Shown here: in pieces, positions 63,495 through 64,000 of the stretch
How positions within the stretch are numbered: position 1 is the first letter of the stretch
Layout: each line of letters begins with the position of its first letter
Assembly: GCA_013265495.1 (NCBI GenBank)
Contig: MU058384.1
Coordinates: 2,357,690-2,421,689, forward strand
DNA from: Vicugna vicugna
Taxonomy: Eukaryota
Reading direction: 5' to 3'
DNA length: 64,000 nucleotides
The notes under the pieces: model-generated
Database searches by the model: none
The model's input: only the letters and a program-made list of their open reading frames with translations
What the model was told of the DNA's origin: nothing
Program-made: the position numbers and the translations under genes

Positions 63495-64000
63495 TACCCT
63501 CCTAACGCCCCAATTTCTATCTCCAACTGAGATCGCTCCCTGCACTTCAAATGTAACTGACCAGCTACCTACTCCACATTTCCAACGGGATGTCTGATCG
63601 ACTTCCTGAACTCCTGGTACCCCACCCCCTCACTGCCCCGTCCCCACATCTCTTCCCCTGCAGGCTTCCTCATTTCCAAGGGCAGCAAATCCATTTTTCC
63701 AGTTGAGCAGGCCATAAACCTTGAAGTCGTATGTGACTCATTCTTCTCTCGTACCCCTATTCAAGGTGTGAGAAAATCCCATTGACTCATTTTAAAAAAT
63801 ATCTTCCTGGATCTGACTGCCTCTCACCACCTCCACTGCCAGCTCCTTGCCTGGGTCTCACCTGCACCGCGATCATAGCTTCCCTTGACAACCTCTTTTC
63901 ATCCAGAGTGAACCCTTCAAAATATAAGTGAGCTCATGTGACACAAATGGCTCAAAACGCCATTTCACTCGGAGTGAAAGCTCATGCCTTGGCAACCTCT
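63495..64000 (+). mobile_element. L2 LINE body (runs off the window end)
   Basis: CCCAATTTCTATCTCC...CAGTTGAGCAGGCCATAAACCTTGAAGTC...TGACTCATTCTTCTCTC, typical L2. Confidence 0.75.

Noticed and set aside
53671..64000. Shared NHSL1 exon 2 (VSNLDEESRW) or the MVVFINAK first exon
   Set aside because: I did not find either in the ORF track or by reading the sequence; they presumably lie downstream of this window.

Overview
Mammalian genomic DNA. The only young SINEs are ~75-bp tRNA-Ala(AGC)-derived elements of the camelid vic-1 type, so the source is probably camel, alpaca or llama. The window lies inside the large 5' introns of NHSL1 (NHS-like 1, a Scar/WAVE-complex regulator) on the + strand. 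Two alternative first coding exons are recognisable: MKKEGSSGSF...YRTQPGK (30426-30627) and the 16-nt MFCLK exon (53655-53670). Both end in phase-1 donors, which fits the shared downstream exon (A)VSNLDEESRW; that exon is outside this window. The rest is intron filled with ancient repeats (L2, MIR, L1M, MLT1, MER44, MER63, hAT MITEs) and younger L1 pieces. The other computed ORFs look like chance ORFs or repeat remnants. The best leads are further phase-1 first-exon candidates, a 6-nt microexon candidate with an upstream UGC, a near-perfect 283-bp tandem duplication of a CTCF + AP-1 site facing a convergent CTCF site across a CpG-rich ancient repeat, and uORF/acceptor structure at both known first exons. 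I see no convincing wholly new gene system. Gene and repeat names come from recalled sequences, not database searches, and repeat boundaries are approximate.
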